The notes under the pieces: model-generated
The model's input: only the letters and a program-made list of their open reading frames with translations
The model's database searches: none
What the model was told of the DNA's origin: nothing
Shown here: positions 47,853 through 57,111 of the stretch, piece by piece
Position numbering within the stretch: position 1 is the first letter of the stretch
How the letters are laid out: the number at the start of each line of letters is the position of its first letter
Source of the DNA: an uncultured Fibrobacter sp.
GTDB taxonomy: Bacteria; Fibrobacterota; Fibrobacteria; Fibrobacterales; Fibrobacteraceae
Direction: 5' to 3'
Length of the DNA: 57,559 bases
Assembly: GCA_946402415.1 (NCBI GenBank)
Contig: CAMIWK010000001.1
Span: 1-57,559 of the forward strand
Translations under genes and position numbers: made by a program

Positions 47853-49235
47853 ATGCTTTTTTCTGAACTCCCCCTGGCAAATTCCTTGCAGCGTGCGGTC
47901 CGTGCCGTAGGCTACGAACAGCCCACTCCTATTCAGGAACAGTCCATCCCGAGTTTGCTCGAGGGCAAGGACTTGCTTGGAATTGCCCAGACGGGAACAG
48001 GAAAGACGGCGGCATTTGCTCTCCCAATTCTGCAGCTTCTTCTGGATTCCGGGAAGTTTCGTGCGCCTAAGACATGCCGGGCTCTGATTCTGCTCCCCAC
48101 TCGTGAGCTTGCCATCCAGGTGGCGGATTGCTTTAAGCAATACGCTCAGTTTACGGCTATTTCTACCACCTGCATCTTTGGCGGTGTAGGGGATGCCTCC
48201 CAGAAGAACAGCTTGATCCGTGGCGTAGATGTGCTTGTGGCCACGCCGGGCCGCTTGCTGGACCTTATCGGACAGAAGGCCGTTTCCTTGAAGGCCCTGG
48301 AATTCTTTGTGCTGGATGAGGCCGATCGTATGCTGGATATGGGGTTCATCCATGATATCCGCAAGGTGGTGGCACTGCTTCCGCAAAAGCGTCAGAACTT
48401 GTTCTTTAGCGCCACCATGCCCGATGACATCACTAAGCTGGCTGCCACCATTCTGCGTCCGAACCCGGTTCGGGTAGAGGTTACGCCCCAGAGCACGCCT
48501 ATAGAGCGCATCCGTCAAGAACTGTATCGCATCGACAAGCGCCGGAAGGGTGCGCTCCTGAAGGAGCTTTTGCTTGAACACTCCGAGATGAAGAAGGTAC
48601 TGGTGTTCAGCCGTACCAAGCACGGCGCCGACAAGATTACCCGCGTGCTGGAAAAGGCGGGCATCAAGTGCGCCGCCATTCACGGCAACAAGAGCCAGAC
48701 TCGCCGTCAAGAGGCCTTGAAGAACTTCAAGGATGAGAAGATCCGGGTGCTGGTGGCTACCGACATCGCTGCCCGGGGTATCGATGTGGATGATGTCTCC
48801 CACGTGTTCAACTACGACCTGCCCGATGTTCCCGAGACTTTTGTGCATCGCATAGGCCGTACGGCTCGTGCCGGCAAGGATGGCATCGCTATCTCGTTCT
48901 GCGCTCCCGATGAGGAGCAGGACCTGAGGGCTATCGAAAAGCTGACCAAAGTAAAAATACCCGAAGGAGACAAGGCTATATTCGAGAAACTTCCGCCACC
49001 GCAGAAAGAGACTCCTGAAAGCGAGATGCGGAACGCCCGCGGCCGTGGCTTCCCCCGCCGCGAGAAGTCGGCGCAGAACCCTTCCAAGGCTCCCAAGCAG
49101 CCTGCTCCAAAACCGGTTCAGCCTGCGCAAAATTCCGAACTGCCCCAAAAGCCGGGCCACCAAAAGCGCCGTCGCAACAGGCCTGGCTCCCGCGCCCGCC
49201 GTCGCATGCGAGAATCGGGCAATACTCCAAATTAG
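47853..49235 (+). CDS. rhlE: DEAD-box RNA helicase (RhlE-like)
   Basis: Q motif, AQTGTGKT, PTRELA, TPGRLLD, DEAD, SAT, HRIGRTAR; basic tail. Confidence 0.9.
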   Translation: MLFSELPLANSLQRAVRAVGYEQPTPIQEQSIPSLLEGKDLLGIAQTGTGKTAAFALPILQLLLDSGKFRAPKTCRALILLPTRELAIQVADCFKQYAQFTAISTTCIFGGVGDASQKNSLIRGVDVLVATPGRLLDLIGQKAVSLKALEFFVLDEADRMLDMGFIHDIRKVVALLPQKRQNLFFSATMPDDITKLAATILRPNPVRVEVTPQSTPIERIRQELYRIDKRRKGALLKELLLEHSEMKKVLVFSRTKHGADKITRVLEKAGIKCAAIHGNKSQTRRQEALKNFKDEKIRVLVATDIAARGIDVDDVSHVFNYDLPDVPETFVHRIGRTARAGKDGIAISFCAPDEEQDLRAIEKLTKVKIPEGDKAIFEKLPPPQKETPESEMRNARGRGFPRREKSAQNPSKAPKQPAPKPVQPAQNSELPQKPGHQKRRRNRPGSRARRRMRESGNTPN

Positions 49236-49256
49236 AATAGTGCAATCTGACATTTG

Positions 49257-49302
49257 AAAAAAGGGACAATAGGCATATTTTTTTCCTATTGTCCATTTTT
49301 TT
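49257..49302 (+). terminator. Probable intrinsic terminator after the helicase gene
   Basis: GGACAATAGG-N11-CCTATTGTCC stem followed by AT7, preceded by A6G. Confidence 0.6.
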
Positions 49303-49351
49303 GGAATATTTGCCTTTTTTTTATTTATTTTCAAGCTAAATAAAAAGGGAG

Positions 49352-51829
49352 ATGTCCATGAGAAGAGCCTCTTGCCCGATAGTGAAAACCCTGGCCCTGT
49401 TTTTCTTGATTGCAGGGGTGAGTCAGTCCTTTGCAGCTTGGGATGGAAAATCCAAGACTGAACCTAAAAAAGAAACCATAGATAAAAAGGAATATTACCT
49501 TATCGAAAACGAGGCGAACCTGGCCTGGTTCAGGGATGCGGTGAATAATGTTCCCTTTAAAGAGAAAAAGGATACCGTAGTCAAGATAAATGCGAAACTT
49601 AAGGCCTCTTTGGACATGGGTGGCAAATTGTTCGTTCCTATTGCTGTCGGAACAGGTTCAGTCAGTTTTGGGGGAATCTTCGATGGAAACGGGTATTCCA
49701 TTTCCAATTTGTACCTTGATTCGGAGAAGTTTGGAGAAATTGCAAATAAAAGATGTCCCGAAAATAAGCCAAAGTGTAATGCTCAGAATGTTGGCTTTGT
49801 TGGAGTTTTGGGAGGGGGCACTGTTAAGAACCTGAATTTGATAAATGCGAATATTGCCGCGTCTGCCAGTAAGGGTGTTGGCGGGGGCGAGAACAATCCT
49901 GTTTCTGTTGGACCTATAGTTGGCTTCCAAAAGACAGGTACTGTCGATAATTGCTACGTGTCTGGAAAAGTCCTTACCAGTGGCCAGGGAAATGGTATCG
50001 GCGGCCTTGTCGGTAACATATGGGCTGGATCCATTACGAATAGTCTCAGTGCGGTCGATATTCTGGTGAGCGGCAATGAGTCTTATGTGGGCGGCGTTGT
50101 GGGCTACGTACGCAAATCAGGGTCCGCTACCATTGACGCTTGCGCATACGACGGAAATATCATCATAAATAGCGGAGACGGTGTAGCCGGAGGTGTTGTA
50201 GGTTTTTATGAAGAAGGTAAGTTAACAGTTTCAAGGACCTACTTTGATACGGACGTGGTTGCTAACGGCTTTGGGAAAAAGACCGATAGCCTTACCGTCG
50301 ACGGGACTGTTAAAGGTGTTAAGAATGTCAATGCGCCAAAGGTGGTGTGTGACTTGAATGGAGGCGAATGGAAGGATAATTCTTGCACCAAGGGTGGTTC
50401 TTGGAGTGTCGGCGATGTACATGTTGTACTCAACGGGACAAGTCGCGACAACAATGATGATATTATCTATGAAATTGTTTTTGATGCCAATGGCGGAAGC
50501 TTCTCTGCCGATTCGAAGACATCTAAGTTCTTGAAGCCTGGGGAAAAGATTACCGCCGATGAAATTTCGGTACCTGTCCACGGCGATACTGTTTTTGGTG
50601 GTTGGGCATTGACTCCCGATGCGACCGGCCCTGCCAAGGATTTGGGGAAGGTCGTTACACCTAAAACTGTTTATGCCTATTGGAAGACGATGATTGGAAT
50701 CACCTTTGACGCCAATGGCGGTATCTTCCCCGACAGCTCCACCACTAAGACAAAGAGCGTTGCCGAAGGCGGTACCATAGATATAGACGGTATTGAGCTA
50801 CCCGTATCTTACACCGAAAGCGAGAAGACATATTACTTTGCAGGCTGGGGCAATGGGGCTGATGCTACCAAAGCTCTTGCAACGCTCGGGACAGCGAAGA
50901 CGGAGACAACATTCTACGCGATTTGGACAGAAGCCCCCACCTATACGGTGACCTTCAATACCCAGGGCTATGGAACTTCATTCGTGCAGGTCGAAAGTGG
51001 AGCTAAGGTCCGCGCCCCTGAGGCCCCCGAAGCCGATGGATATACCTTTGGCGGGTGGTTTACGGAAACTAAATGCACTACACCCTTTGACTTTGATGCG
51101 GTTATAACCGAGAGCAAGGTGGCCTATGCCAAATGGGCTGCCGATACGTTCGCTATTACTTACGAGTTGGACGGAGGAACCAAAAATAAGGGCAATCCCG
51201 ATTTCTACACCATAGAGAGCGAAACTATCAAGCTGAAATCGCCGACAAAGAAGGGCTACATATTTGAAGGATGGTACTACGATGCCGATTTCAGCAATGC
51301 CGCATCGCAGATTTCCAAGGGCTCCTTCGGCGACAAGACTTTCTATGCAAAATGGAGAGTTCGGACATATACCATCACCTATATGGCCGGAGCCTACGGT
51401 TTAGGAATTGTTCCTGCCGAAGAGAAGGTTTTTGACAAGCCTATCACCCTGCAGGGCGTATCTTACCTGCGAGATGGATATGTCCAGACGGGTTGGTCAA
51501 CCGAAGATGGCGGGGCCAAGACATACGACCTCGAATCGGCCTATTCTACCAACGCCAAGCTGACGTTGTACCCTTACTGGGAAACGGAATCTGCATCTAT
51601 CCGTTATGGGGAGGCTGGTCGCCTGAATGCCTTCTCGGTGGCTGTCCAGGGCCGTACTTTGGATATCCACGGGATGAAGGCCGGCGCAAAGTGGGCCGTC
51701 TACGATATGAGCGGGAGCCTGGTTGCTCAGGGTGTCGCCCATAGCGCCTCTAGTCGGGTGCAAATCCAGAAATCAGGAAACTACGTTGTCCGTATGGGCG
51801 GCCAGTTCCAGACGGTGCGCGTTCGCTAG
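49352..51829 (+). CDS. Secreted GLUG-motif / InlB B-repeat (Flg_new) surface protein with secretion-type C-terminal domain
   Basis: Signal peptide; FDGNGYSISNL; GGLVG/GGVVG repeats; repeated FDANGG...FGGW...YAKW units; tail VYDMSG...GNYVVR. Confidence 0.85.
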   Translation: MSMRRASCPIVKTLALFFLIAGVSQSFAAWDGKSKTEPKKETIDKKEYYLIENEANLAWFRDAVNNVPFKEKKDTVVKINAKLKASLDMGGKLFVPIAVGTGSVSFGGIFDGNGYSISNLYLDSEKFGEIANKRCPENKPKCNAQNVGFVGVLGGGTVKNLNLINANIAASASKGVGGGENNPVSVGPIVGFQKTGTVDNCYVSGKVLTSGQGNGIGGLVGNIWAGSITNSLSAVDILVSGNESYVGGVVGYVRKSGSATIDACAYDGNIIINSGDGVAGGVVGFYEEGKLTVSRTYFDTDVVANGFGKKTDSLTVDGTVKGVKNVNAPKVVCDLNGGEWKDNSCTKGGSWSVGDVHVVLNGTSRDNNDDIIYEIVFDANGGSFSADSKTSKFLKPGEKITADEISVPVHGDTVFGGWALTPDATGPAKDLGKVVTPKTVYAYWKTMIGITFDANGGIFPDSSTTKTKSVAEGGTIDIDGIELPVSYTESEKTYYFAGWGNGADATKALATLGTAKTETTFYAIWTEAPTYTVTFNTQGYGTSFVQVESGAKVRAPEAPEADGYTFGGWFTETKCTTPFDFDAVITESKVAYAKWAADTFAITYELDGGTKNKGNPDFYTIESETIKLKSPTKKGYIFEGWYYDADFSNAASQISKGSFGDKTFYAKWRVRTYTITYMAGAYGLGIVPAEEKVFDKPITLQGVSYLRDGYVQTGWSTEDGGAKTYDLESAYSTNAKLTLYPYWETESASIRYGEAGRLNAFSVAVQGRTLDIHGMKAGAKWAVYDMSGSLVAQGVAHSASSRVQIQKSGNYVVRMGGQFQTVRVR

Positions 51830-52716
51830 GTCTTTTTCCGGCTCATCCAGCTGAGCACCAGATTCTGCCAGACAACGTAGCAGGTGGGGGCAAGTGCCAC
51901 CACCGGGCCTGCGTACAGCGTAGAAATCCAGATGACCAGCGTGGTATTTTTCTGGCCCATACTCTGGGAACCTTCTATAGGTCTCCGGTTCCTTTCACAG
52001 AACCAGCCCAGCCAGAATAGTAGAAGACATAATGCCAGTGATATTCCCGCCATCCAGGGGAGTTTTCCGCTGTTCCACAGGTCGGAGAATCCCATTGCGC
52101 GGATATCAAAACTTGCTTTAGACAAGATGATGAAAACGGAAAAGGTCCATACCGCCATGGTGTATTTCTGGAACTTTGCAGCCTTGTCGGCAAGCTCCGG
52201 ATAGAAGGCCCTAAGTCCAAGGGCAAATGCCAGCGGGATGCTGATGATGGGTTGGATGGAATTGAAAATCTTCCAGGCGATTTCGGAAAGGCTCGCCTCG
52301 GCGCCGGTCAGGTAGCCAAAAATCAGCGGGATGGAGAAGCAGGCGATCAGGTTTCCGCTCAAGAAAATCTTCAGGGCAAGGGATGCTGAGCCACCCAGCA
52401 TCTTGGCCATGGCCGGGGCCGCATTTGCTGGCGGGCACAGGGCAATGATGGCGCCTCCTAAAAGAACTTCACGCGGAAGCTTGAATAAAGTAACGGCCGC
52501 CCATAGGAGGGCGATAAGGATTAGGCTTACGATAAAGGCGCGGATTTCAATCTTGAAGGTGTAGCCGTGGGTCTGGGGCGGGATTTTTGTCACGAAGGTT
52601 AGGAACATCATGATTCCGATGAGAAACGGCATCAGGGGCGACAAAAAATGCGCCTGCGGGAAAAGAATTCCGAGCAGTATGGCAACGGGCATCAAAATAG
52701 CGCGCAAGTTTTTCAT
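51826..52716 (-). CDS. Bile acid:sodium symporter (BASS)-like transporter
   Basis: Multi-TM; CPPANAAPAMAKMLGG and GQKNT motifs. Confidence 0.7.
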   Translation of the reverse strand: MKNLRAILMPVAILLGILFPQAHFLSPLMPFLIGIMMFLTFVTKIPPQTHGYTFKIEIRAFIVSLILIALLWAAVTLFKLPREVLLGGAIIALCPPANAAPAMAKMLGGSASLALKIFLSGNLIACFSIPLIFGYLTGAEASLSEIAWKIFNSIQPIISIPLAFALGLRAFYPELADKAAKFQKYTMAVWTFSVFIILSKASFDIRAMGFSDLWNSGKLPWMAGISLALCLLLFWLGWFCERNRRPIEGSQSMGQKNTTLVIWISTLYAGPVVALAPTCYVVWQNLVLSWMSRKKT

Positions 52717-52771
52717 AACGGCCCCAAATGTAGAAACTTAGGGGTTAGGTGGTATTGCTATATTTGCGCAC

Positions 52772-54166
52772 ATGTTGCGCTCCAAGTACCAGGGCTCCCG
52801 TTTTTCTGAGAGTCCCGTAGTCAAGAAGAAGCAGAATAATCCCATCACGCTGGTGGTGTTGGGCTACCTGTTGCTCATTGTAGTGGGCGCGATTCTTTTG
52901 TCTTTGCCTGTTTCGCTAAACCACCCGATTTCCTTTTTGGAAGCCCTCTTTACCTCGACTTCGGCGGTATGCGTGACTGGGCTTTCTGTGCTGGACATCA
53001 GCAGTACGTTCTCCCACTTTGGGGACTGGGTGTTGCTGGTACTGATGCAGCTGGGCGGTCTTGGAATCATGACGGTATCTACCACCTTGATTCTTTTAGC
53101 GGGTATGCATCCGGGCTTTAACCACCAGTCCGTGCTTCTTTCGGCGTTTTCCCAAGAGGGAAACATCGACCCGTCGAAAATTTTGAAGGCGGTTCTGCCC
53201 TTTACCTTTATCCTTGAGCTGATTGGTGCAGCTGTCTATTTTACCCAGTTCTCGGGGGCAAGGCTCTACGACCGCATTTTCGTTTCGGTTTTCCAGGCGG
53301 TCAGTTCCTTCTGCAACGTGGGATTTACCCTTTTCCCGGATTCCCTGGTGCAGTTCCAGCTGAACCCGGTGGTGAACCTGTCCACCTGTGTGCTTGCCCT
53401 GGCAGGTGGCTTTGGATTCTTGGCGGTTACGGAACTGCGGTACCTGTTTGACTTTAAGCAGCACAAGGTCCGCAAGATTTCGCTCCATACCCACATTGCT
53501 ACTGTCGGTACCCTGTTCGTGGTGGCGGCTAGCGTGCTGGTGTTCAGCCTTACGGAATGGAGTAACGCCCTTAGCGACCTGAGCATTGGCCAGAAATTGG
53601 AAACCACCCTGTTTATGGCCTTTACCAGCCGTACGGCTGGCTTGAATACGGTGGACGTGTCGGGCCTTTGCGCAAGTTCCCTGTTCTTCTTTATCGTTAT
53701 TATGTTCATCGGTGCAAACCCCGGTAGCTGCGGTGGTGGCGTCAAGGTGACTACAGCGGCGGTAATCGGGCTCTTGGGTTTTAACCGCCTGCTGGGCCGT
53801 GAAAAGACCCAGGTTCTTGGACGGACCATTCCCGAAACCACGGTGGATAAGGCGGTGCGAATTTTCGTAGTGGCCATCGTGGTTATTGTACTTGCGACAC
53901 TGCTGCTCCTGTGTACTGAAATTCCTGGCGGGGTTTCCGGTGCCGGACAATCATCCTTCTTGAAGGTCCTGTTCGAGGTGGTAAGCGCCTACAGTACCTG
54001 CGGGCTTTCCATGGGTCTTACCGGTGAGCTTTCCACCGTTGGCCGTGTGGTCATTTGCTGTGTGATGTTCATTGGCCGTATGGGCCCCCTCTTCTTGATT
54101 TCTGCCGTGGCAGGACGGGTCCAGAATACCACCTGGTTTGCCGAAGAAGACATCATGGTGGGCTAA
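52772..54166 (+). CDS. ktrB: Ktr/Trk potassium uptake membrane subunit
   Basis: Four pore loops SAVCVTGL, FCNVGF, RTAGL, STCGLSMG; PGSCGGGVK; MFIGRMG. Confidence 0.9.
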   Translation: MLRSKYQGSRFSESPVVKKKQNNPITLVVLGYLLLIVVGAILLSLPVSLNHPISFLEALFTSTSAVCVTGLSVLDISSTFSHFGDWVLLVLMQLGGLGIMTVSTTLILLAGMHPGFNHQSVLLSAFSQEGNIDPSKILKAVLPFTFILELIGAAVYFTQFSGARLYDRIFVSVFQAVSSFCNVGFTLFPDSLVQFQLNPVVNLSTCVLALAGGFGFLAVTELRYLFDFKQHKVRKISLHTHIATVGTLFVVAASVLVFSLTEWSNALSDLSIGQKLETTLFMAFTSRTAGLNTVDVSGLCASSLFFFIVIMFIGANPGSCGGGVKVTTAAVIGLLGFNRLLGREKTQVLGRTIPETTVDKAVRIFVVAIVVIVLATLLLLCTEIPGGVSGAGQSSFLKVLFEVVSAYSTCGLSMGLTGELSTVGRVVICCVMFIGRMGPLFLISAVAGRVQNTTWFAEEDIMVG

Positions 54167-54206
54167 TGCGCCCATGGCGCAATTCCGAATTATCTATTAT
54201 TAAACC

Positions 54207-54863
54207 ATGGCTTCTAAACAATTTGTAATTATCGGACTTGGGAACTCGGCCATCTTTTTGGCCAAGCACCTGACATCTTTGGGTCACGACGTGATGGTTA
54301 TCGACTGCCACCCCGACAAGGTGCAGGACATTTCCAGCTCTGTATCCCAGGCTATTGTGGCGGACAGCACCCGAATCAAGCAACTTGCGTCTATCCCCCT
54401 GAACAAGGCGGATTCTGTAATCGTGTGTATCGGCGAGAACCTGCAGGCCTCGCTCCTTACGGTGCTAAACCTGAAGGAACTGGGCGTCAAGCATATCATC
54501 GCGAAATCCAGCAGTGCCGCCCATACCAGCATCCTGGAAAAGCTGGGCGTTTCCGACATCTTCCACCCTGAGAGGGACTCCGCCATCAGCCTTGCGGAGC
54601 GGCTTAACCGCCCCAACATGCTGGACTTTTTGCCCTTTATGGAAGGGTTCTCCATTATCGAGATTGTCTGCCCCGAGAAGTTCCAGGGCAAGACCCTTAA
54701 GGATTTGTCCTTGACCCACAAGTACGGCATCCAGGTAATCGCCATTCGCGACCCGCTGGAGTCCGTGCCCAAGATCGGTAACATCGCCGACTACGTGCTC
54801 AAGGAAAACGATGTGCTGTTCCTGATAGGCCCCAACGAGGCCCTGGACAGCTTCAAGGCATAG
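54207..54863 (+). CDS. ktrA: Ktr/Trk potassium uptake regulatory RCK subunit
   Basis: IIGLG, VMVID, HPERD, C-terminal TrkA-C domain. Confidence 0.9.
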   Translation: MASKQFVIIGLGNSAIFLAKHLTSLGHDVMVIDCHPDKVQDISSSVSQAIVADSTRIKQLASIPLNKADSVIVCIGENLQASLLTVLNLKELGVKHIIAKSSSAAHTSILEKLGVSDIFHPERDSAISLAERLNRPNMLDFLPFMEGFSIIEIVCPEKFQGKTLKDLSLTHKYGIQVIAIRDPLESVPKIGNIADYVLKENDVLFLIGPNEALDSFKA

Positions 54864-54921
54864 CGGCCTCGCCGGCATTTTCACACATCAGACCCGCCCA
54901 GGGGCGGAGAGGAGACACATT

Positions 54922-55479
54922 ATGAAGGTATGGGTATGTAAAGTTTGCGGCTACGTGCACATGGGACCGGAAGCTCCGGAAGAATGTCCCCAGTGCAAGG
55001 CTCCCAAGAGCAAGTTCTTCGAGAAGGTGGAACAGCCCGCTGGTGGCAAGATTGTCTGGGCCGACGAGCACAAGATTGGCGTGGCCCAAGGTCTGGACGC
55101 CGAGGTGGTCCAGGGCCTAAGGGAAAATTTCGCAGGGGAATGTACCGAGGTGGGAATGTACCTGGCCATGAGCCGTCAGGCGGACCGCGAAGGGTTCCCT
55201 GAGGTGGCCGAGGCCTATAAGCGTATCGCCTTTGAAGAGGCCGAGCACGCCGCCAAGTTCGCCGAACTGCTAGGCGAGGTGGTCTGGGCTGATACGAAGA
55301 AGAATCTGGAACTCCGTGTGGCCGCCGAGGCCGGTGCCACCGAGGGCAAGCTCGCTCTGGCCAAGCGCGCCAAAGAGCTGGGCTACGACGCCATCCACGA
55401 TACCGTCCACGAGATGTGCAAAGACGAGGCCCGTCATGGCTCCGCCTTCCAGGGTCTGCTGGGTCGTTACTTCAAGTAA
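54922..55479 (+). CDS. Reverse rubrerythrin (NADH peroxidase)
   Basis: N-terminal CKVCGY...CPQC rubredoxin; di-iron GECTE, EEAEHA, DEARH; SD AGGAG. Confidence 0.92.
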   Translation: MKVWVCKVCGYVHMGPEAPEECPQCKAPKSKFFEKVEQPAGGKIVWADEHKIGVAQGLDAEVVQGLRENFAGECTEVGMYLAMSRQADREGFPEVAEAYKRIAFEEAEHAAKFAELLGEVVWADTKKNLELRVAAEAGATEGKLALAKRAKELGYDAIHDTVHEMCKDEARHGSAFQGLLGRYFK

Positions 55480-55491
55480 ATAAAGAGAAAA

Positions 55492-55884
55492 TTAGTCTTT
55501 AAGGGTCGCCCAGTCCAGGACGCCCTTTTTGAATACATAGAGGTAGCCAGCTTCCAGGATGACCAGGAATCCAAGCAACACTAGCAACAGATCCCAGCCA
55601 CCGGCCATGAACTGCACGGCCCAGGGGTACAGGAACGCCACTTCCAGGTCGAATACCAGGAACAGCATGGCCACCAGGTAGTACTTGACGGGGTAGCGCT
55701 CGCCGGCGGTACCCGAGACGTGGGCCAGGCCGCACTCGTAGGATGTGCCCTTGATGGCGGTACCCTTGATTTTGCCCGGGTGCAGGAACCAGTTGGCCAG
55801 CAACAGGGCTGTAGGGATGCAAACGGCCATAATGACCAGGATGGTCACGGCGAAAGTAGTGTCAAAAACCTCTACATTGCTCAT
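55492..55884 (-). CDS. nuoA: NADH-quinone oxidoreductase subunit A (stand-alone)
   Basis: SYECG, YYLVAMLFLVFDLEVAFLYPWA, KKGVLDW; three TMs. Confidence 0.93.
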   Translation of the reverse strand: MSNVEVFDTTFAVTILVIMAVCIPTALLLANWFLHPGKIKGTAIKGTSYECGLAHVSGTAGERYPVKYYLVAMLFLVFDLEVAFLYPWAVQFMAGGWDLLLVLLGFLVILEAGYLYVFKKGVLDWATLKD

Positions 55885-55946
55885 AATGCCGAAAAGATAG
55901 TATAATTTTACGTGCTTTTTGGGTCGCACGAGATTATATTTAGGCT

Positions 55947-56960
55947 ATGAGTGCATTGAAAACATGGATTCTGTTATTTGGTGCGGCCTTTTTGCTGGCT
56001 GCCTGTTCTGATGATGGCGGGACGGTGGTCCGGGTCGTTGAAGAGGGTGCTGATTCTACTGGCCACAAGACGCTGGTGGTGGTGGATTCCAACGGAAATG
56101 TTTTTATCACGGATTCCATAACCGTAACGGATGCGGAATGGAGCCCCTATTATAGTAGCGGCGTTTTCTGTTGGACTGATGGCTGCGAAAAGAATTTTTC
56201 GGGCAGTTCGACGGCTAAGTCCTCTGCCTCCAAGGGCAGTTCCTCTAGTGCCAAGCCTAAGTCTTCCAGTTCCTCGGCAAAGCCGAAGTCATCCAGTTCT
56301 ACGACAAAACCATCTAGTTCTTCAGCGAAACCGTCCAGTTCCTCGGTCGCGTCTTCTTCTTCGGCGGTTCCTCCCACCGTAAAGGGTAAGGAAATGACGG
56401 ACAATCGCGATGGTGTTAAGTACAAGATTGAGCAGATTGGTGATGTTACCTGGATGGCCGAGAACTTGCGATTCCAGCCGTCATCGGGAACATATTGCGA
56501 TGCGACAATAGAGGTGACGGTGAAAAAAGAAGGCCCTGGTGGAGGTGAAGGTCCTGGTGGCGGAGAGGGCCCTGGGGCGCAACAGGCCGAAGAAACTACC
56601 ACGGTAAATGTCTGTGACTATTACGGAATGTTCTACACTTCGCTTTCCGCGGCAGAAGCAGCTTGTCCTTATGGATGGCGCCTCCCTACGAAGGATGAGG
56701 TGGTGAGCGCTTTGGCTGCAAAAAAGAGCAATTGGTGGACCTTGGGAGGACGTTTCGACTTGGAAACTTCGGGTGATAAATATGATTTGAACAAGGTTGA
56801 AAAGGAAGGTCGCCTTTGGATTCAGACCACCACTGACAACAAGAACTGCGTGCAGCTTATGAACTATGGTGGCGGTGAAGGTATTACTCCAGACTATCTG
56901 AATGCGGGTGATGGTACAAGAGCGTTCAATGTCCGCTGCGTGATGGATGGTGGAAATTAA
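55947..56960 (+). CDS. Fibrobacter succinogenes major paralogous domain (Fib_succ_major/FISUMP) lipoprotein
   Basis: Lipobox LAAC; Ser/Lys-rich linker; TDNRDG..Y..IG..WMAENL, ACPYGWRLPT, FNVRCV. Confidence 0.88.
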   Translation: MSALKTWILLFGAAFLLAACSDDGGTVVRVVEEGADSTGHKTLVVVDSNGNVFITDSITVTDAEWSPYYSSGVFCWTDGCEKNFSGSSTAKSSASKGSSSSAKPKSSSSSAKPKSSSSTTKPSSSSAKPSSSSVASSSSAVPPTVKGKEMTDNRDGVKYKIEQIGDVTWMAENLRFQPSSGTYCDATIEVTVKKEGPGGGEGPGGGEGPGAQQAEETTTVNVCDYYGMFYTSLSAAEAACPYGWRLPTKDEVVSALAAKKSNWWTLGGRFDLETSGDKYDLNKVEKEGRLWIQTTTDNKNCVQLMNYGGGEGITPDYLNAGDGTRAFNVRCVMDGGN

Positions 56961-56980
56961 TTCAGGCTTTTAGGATTTCG

Positions 56981-57007
56981 TGTCATGCCCGCCTTGAGCG
57001 GGCATCT
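56981..57007 (+). repeat. REP-like palindrome of the YGTC family
   Basis: TGTC-ATGCCCGC-CTTGA-GCGGGCAT-CT. Confidence 0.85.
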
Positions 57008-57027
57008 TTATTTATACAGCCCCAGTA

Positions 57028-57085
57028 TTTATGCAAATATACGCATAAACGCATTGACGGAGTGATGCGCCTTTTACTATATTTG
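57028..57085 (+). promoter_or_regulatory. Sigma70-like promoter of metY with an upstream inverted repeat
   Basis: TTTATGC-N8-GCATAAA (57028-57049), TTGACG (57054-57059), 18 nt spacer, TATATT (57078-57083). Confidence 0.6.
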
Positions 57086-57111
57086 CCGACAGGTTAATAC
57101 AAGAGGCAAAT

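Noticed and set aside
54894-54907. CCGCCC-AG-GGGCGG hairpin before the rubrerythrin gene as a terminator or riboswitch
   Set aside because: Short stem, 2-nt loop, no U-tract and no aptamer features.
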